Shown here piece after piece: positions 59,685 to 64,000 of a stretch of DNA of 64,000 nt. A program made the position numbers and the translations under genes. The stretch lies in NCBI RefSeq assembly GCF_009914755.1, contig NC_060938.1, one strand, 5' to 3'. How positions within the stretch are numbered: position 1 is the first letter of the stretch; each line of letters begins with the position of its first letter. This stretch comes from the human T2T-CHM13v2.0 reference genome, Homo sapiens. Under the pieces are notes generated by a model, which saw only the letters and a program-made list of their open reading frames with translations, was not told where the DNA came from and did no database searches.

Positions 59685-60391
59685 AGGAGTGTTGCTCTTT
59701 AATCATTGAAAATGGTAAAACAACAAAAGTGGCAATGTCAGAAAAAGATCAACTCTTTTTTGGAGATTTCCAAACAATTGAGTATTTTCATACTTCTGAA
59801 AAGCTTTGCTGTAAAAGTAGTTTTTCTGTTAAGCATTTCCCATTCTTCTTTGGGCATAAAACACTTTTTTTTTTCTAGGAATAATTCCTGCAGACCTGAC
59901 ACATAATTGGAAGTAGATATTGAATGAATGAGTGAGTTGTATGTGAATATTTGCTCAGAGGAATCTCAGTTCATTATCATTTCAGAAATTTGGCACGTAG
60001 TGTACTGATGGAGCTAGTCTAAAATAATCTATCCTGGGAGAAATAATTTTGTTTCTATCTGGATAAGTCTACAATAGAGGAATGCTTATTAGCAGTGTTT
60101 TGCTGTATTTTGCATACTTGCAGTATTCTTAAGAGTGCAGAAAAAAATAGTTTGAAAGATTCAAAGAGAAAAAAGTGAAAAAAGAAAAGCTGAGTGCATG
60201 CATATGTTGAGTACTAGAGATATGTCTTCAGGGTTTCTTTTTGGACCAGATTTCTTGAGATAAAATTTGCATACAATAAAATGCATCTGTTTTAATTTCA
60301 ATGAGTTTAGACAAATGCATATACTTGTGTGACCACCGCTACACTAGAGGTAGGGAACCCTTCTATCATAGGTTTCTGTTATTTTATTTAA

Positions 60392-60909
<518 letters not shown>

Positions 60910-61114
60910 TAGCCAGGATGGTCTCGATCTCCTGACTTCGTGATCCACCCACCTCGGCCTCCCAAAGTGCTGGGATTACAGGCTTGAGCCACCGCGCCCG
61001 GCCCGGAGTTTCATACTTAGCAGGAAAAGGTGCTTTGAACCTTCTAAAATGTGAGGTACTTTCAATATTTTAAAAAATGCTATGGAAATGATTTCAGTGC
61101 CATAAGATAACTCT

Positions 61115-61770
61115 GCATTTCTCTCTTTTAAATCCCACATATTATACAATCCCTCAGCAAATCCTATTGGCTGCCTTCAAAATATATCCAGGATCCAACA
61201 ACTTGATAGCACTTTCACCACTACCACCTGTTCCAGGCCACCATCTCTCCAGGCTACCATCTCTTATATGGATTATTGTACCAGTCTCTTGCTTGTATCC
61301 TGTTCCCTTCCAGGCTTAACACAGTGGCCAGTGATACTGTTAAAATGTGACAAGTCAGAAACTCTTCAAATGATTTTCACCTCATTCAGAGTTAAAACTA
61401 AAATGTTTATTTACATTGTGTTACATAGCCCTACACTCTACTCATAATACTCAGTATTTATTTCTGATTTTCTTCATTTATTCTGCTCCAGTCATACTGT
61501 TGGCCTTGCTATTCCTCCCTCAAATACACCATTCCTGCTTCAGCCTCTTTGTATTTGTCTTTTCCTTTGCTTGGAAGTCTCTTTCCCCCAGATATGAATA
61601 GGGCTTCCTGCCTCTGCCTCTTTTAAATCTTTGTTCTAATCTTCACCTTCTTGGTGAGGCCTAATCGCTGTATTTAAAATAAACTACTCCATAGCTCTCT
61701 TCCCTAATTTATTTTTCTACAAAGTACATACCATCTTTCAATGTATTATAATTTATTTTGTTTATCATCT
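61115..61770 (+). mobile_element. L2 relic (similar L2 pieces at about 1480-1580, 6610-6730, 15230-16270, 55020-55260)
   Basis: tcagcaaatcctattggctgccttcaaaatatatccaggatcc...ccaggccaccatctctc is typical of the L2 3' region. Confidence 0.65.
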
Positions 61771-61860
61771 ATAGGTAACAGATAAGCTTTGCTTATGATT
61801 ATGAAAGTTAATTCTCAATCAGTTTCACATGGCAAAACACATAAACCTGTGTTGAAATAA

Positions 61861-62228
<368 letters not shown>

Positions 62229-62452
62229 TGAGCCACCGCGCCCAGGAGAGGCCAGTTATCTTAAAGGAATATCCATAAAAATTAGCTGTTAACTGGTATT
62301 TTTGCCTTCACCTTTGAAGTCCAGCCTATCAACAAGCAAGTTTTGGCAGCTCCAAATAAAGGGGAATATGTTATGGAAAAATTTGAAGTGAATGGAATGG
62401 GTATATTGGCATAAACGAAAATTAAATATATCTGGTTAACTCTGCAGAATGA

Positions 62453-62701
<249 letters not shown>

Positions 62702-63006
62702 TGAGACAGAGTCTCACTGTGTCACCCAGGCTAGAGTGCAGTGGCGCGATCTCGGCTCACTGCAACCTCGGCCTCCCGAGTTCAAGTGATCTCCTGCCTT
62801 TGCCTCTTGAGTAGCTGGGATTACAGGCACCCGCCACCACACCCAGCTAGTTTTTGTATTTTAGTAGAGACGGGGTTTCACCATGTTGGCCGGGCTGGTC
62901 TCCAACTCCTGACCTCAAGTGATCGGTCTGCCTCGGCCTCCCAAAGTGCTGGGATTACAGGGGTGAGCCACTGTGCCCAGCTAATTTTTTTTTTTTTTGA
63001 AACTGA

Positions 63007-63156
<150 letters not shown>

Positions 63157-64000
63157 TAGATACGGGGTTTCGCCGTGTTGGCCAGGATGGTCTTGATCTC
63201 CTGACCTTGTGATCTGCCTGCCTTGGCCTCCCAAAGTGCTGGGATTACAGGCATGAGCCACCTCACCCAGCCCAGTGTTTATATTTTTAGTGGAGACAGG
63301 GGTTTCACCATTTTGGCCAGGCTGGTCTCGAACTCCTGACCTCCAGTGATCTGCCCGCCTTGGCCTCCCAAAGTGCTGGGATTACAGGTGTGAGCCACCG
63401 CCCCTGACCGAGAGTTTTAGTTTTTAAGCATTATTTATATCTAATATTATTGGGGGAAAAGTGGTTTTAAAAATGAGTTCATGGCCCAGTCTTGTAACCA
63501 TTGTGAGGCTAGGCACTGGGCCATTGCTAGAATATAGTATGCGGCATGAGATAGCATAATAAATTTGTTTATTGAAGTCCTCAGAGTTTGTTTACTGATT
63601 TATTCATTAATCAGTTTATTCAACAGGTATGAAAACCAACTATCCTAAGAAAGCACTGAGATAGGCTATTATAATGATAATAGAAGAGCTTCTGTAAGTA
63701 GGACAGTAGCCCTTTCTGTTTTAAAAAGAGATACCACCCCCAGTTTTTGGTTTTGGTCAAAAAGTTTTACAGAAAGTTTATTTTAAAACTCAACACATTT
63801 ACAGTCTTGCAATCTTGTGTTTTTCATTGTTAATATGTACTGATAACCTACCTACTGTTTAAAACATTTCTAATACCTCATTTGCCAAGTATATTAAATC
63901 CTCCTAAGGGCTGGGCGCAGTGGCTTATACCTGTAATCCCAGCACTTTGGGAGGCCGAGGCCGACGGATCACTTGAGGCCAGGAGTTTGAGACCAGCCTG

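Overview
Primate (almost certainly human) genomic DNA, extremely Alu-rich: about 120 Alu copies or fragments by manual count, roughly half the window. It holds the 5' ends of two divergently transcribed genes. On the minus strand is ZFYVE1 (DFCP1): CpG-island promoter at about 24.1-24.9 kb, non-coding exon 1 (about 24480-24660), a 917-nt exon 2 (21580-22496) encoding residues 1-161 with two B-box-like Zn motifs, then intron 2 running off the left edge. On the plus strand is a second CpG-island promoter with a non-coding first exon (about 56090-56260), most likely RBM25; that call rests on recalled gene order at 14q24, since no coding exon is present. Also present are two 7SL (SRP RNA) retropseudogenes, two ERV1-type solo LTRs, MaLR, MER, MIR, L1 and L2 relics, and several non-B-DNA repeat tracts. 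Almost all other ORFs in the track are Alu or microsatellite translation artefacts. I see no new multi-gene system. The best hypotheses are regulatory: (1) a nine-uATG, ATF4-like uORF/overlapping-ORF leader on ZFYVE1; (2) Alu-bracketed exon 2 as a circRNA candidate; (3) intronic polyA and poison-exon routes to a B-box-only product; (4) tandem 5' splice sites with CGGGCA/G4 elements in putative RBM25 exon 1; (5) an LTR promoter core preserved between nested Alus.
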